Of a DNA stretch of 5,764 nt, positions 5,144 to 5,764 are shown one piece after another. The stretch comes from a virus. Every line of letters begins with the position of its first letter. Within the stretch, counting starts at the first letter, position 1. The stretch lies in IMG/VR virus record IMGVR_UViG_3300029214_000065, one strand, 5' to 3'. The position numbers were made by a program, and so were the translations under genes. Under the pieces are notes generated by a model, which had not been told where the DNA came from, made no database searches, and saw only the letters and a list, made by a program, of their open reading frames with translations.

Positions 5144-5764
5144 ATGGCATTAGGATTAATAGCAGGTGCAGCACTTAACGGAATGGTAGGTGCTATACAA
5201 GGACAAAACCAGTACAATAGAGAAATCGACAAGATGAACTACCAGTACAAGCTAAACGCAGAAGCCGCTAAGCAAAATCAAGCACTAGCAAAAGACATGT
5301 GGGACTACACTAATTATGAAAATACAGTGAAACACATGAAAAACGCAGGCTTGTCAATAGGACTATTATACGGAACAGGCGGAGGACAAGGGCAAAGCAC
5401 CACAGCAGGAGGCAGACAAGAAGGTGTAGATATGGGAACAACACAAGCAGGTGGAATTTCCCTACAAGGAGCAAGCATACTCGCCGACATTAAGTTAAAA
5501 GAAGCCGAAGCGGAAAAAGCAGAAGCAGAAGCAAAGAAAACAGCAGGAGCAGACACACAGTATACGGAGTCACTAACTTCACTTAACAGCACAATAGAAG
5601 AATTAAACAAAGCAACAACAGCACTAAGAACAGCAGAGGCAGGAAAAGCCCAAGAAGAAACAAAACAGATACTACAATCTATAGAAAACATGCAAGAGCA
5701 GCTAAGAGGAATGATAGCTGACAACGACATAAAAGTCGAAACAAAAGAGGAAAAAATACAACAG
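5144..5764 (+). CDS. VP2: N-terminal portion of the VP2-like minor capsid / DNA pilot protein. It runs off the window end and continues at 2-604 (total ~377 aa on the circular genome).
   Basis: The frame is open from ATG 5144 (an in-frame TAA at 5123-5125 precedes it) to the end of the window, with no stops (hand-translated). The N-terminus MALGLIAGAALNGMVGAIQGQNQ is Gly/Ala hydrophobic. MWDYTNYENTVKHMKNAGLSIGLLYG matches the conserved Microviridae VP2 motif (..MSNTAYQR..DmkaAGLNPilay). It is followed by a Gly/Gln-rich segment and an EAEAEKAEAEAKK coiled-coil-like region. Confidence 0.85.
   Translation, partial: MALGLIAGAALNGMVGAIQGQNQYNREIDKMNYQYKLNAEAAKQNQALAKDMWDYTNYENTVKHMKNAGLSIGLLYGTGGGQGQSTTAGGRQEGVDMGTTQAGGISLQGASILADIKLKEAEAEKAEAEAKKTAGADTQYTESLTSLNSTIEELNKATTALRTAEAGKAQEETKQILQSIENMQEQLRGMIADNDIKVETKEEKIQQ
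5671..5764. repeat. Terminal redundancy, copy 2 (identical to 1-94).
   Basis: Exact direct repeat of window positions 1-94. Typical of a circular genome assembled as a linear contig. Confidence 0.9.

Noticed and set aside
5314-5730. Minus-strand ORF, 138 aa, Ser/Ala/Cys-rich
   Set aside because: It is antisense to the VP2 coding region. Its low-complexity composition is produced by the GAAGC repeat and A-rich codons of the sense strand. All other evidence places every gene on the + strand.

Overview
The window is one complete, circularly permuted genome of a small ssDNA phage of the family Microviridae (gokushovirus/alpavirus-like). The first 94 nt (1-94) are repeated exactly at 5671-5764, so the unit genome is 5670 bp and circular; the redundancy is probably an assembly overlap. 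All credible genes lie on the + strand, which is strongly A-rich and T-poor and tightly packed. In order they are:
- a rolling-circle Rep (VP4/protein A family, 676-1587) with a Cys cluster, FVTLTF, HLHGLIW and YITKYMLK motifs;
- a 740-bp extremely AT-rich non-coding/accessory region (1588-2330) with reiterated TTGATAA/AACTGTTGATAA motifs, a duplicated ~40-bp element and a Bacteroidetes-type promoter (TTTG-N21-TATATTTG);
- small ORFs p61 (1935-2120), a basic p58 (2157-2333; alternative overlapping frame 2146-2301), a membrane/signal-peptide protein p66 (2330-2530) and p88 (2532-2798);
- the major capsid protein VP1 (2795-4735, 646 aa);
- p99 (4739-5038);
- a hairpin-rich intergenic spacer (5039-5143);
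- the DNA pilot/minor capsid protein VP2, which starts at 5144, runs off the window end and continues in frame at 2-604 (about 377 aa across the junction);
- a textbook intrinsic terminator (621-650) just before Rep.
No SD-type ribosome-binding sites are present, which together with the promoter motif suggests a Bacteroidetes host. No rRNA, tRNA, CRISPR or defence-system genes are evident. The points of interest are the accessory small ORFs, a candidate lysis protein, a candidate origin/iteron cluster and the regulatory hairpins.
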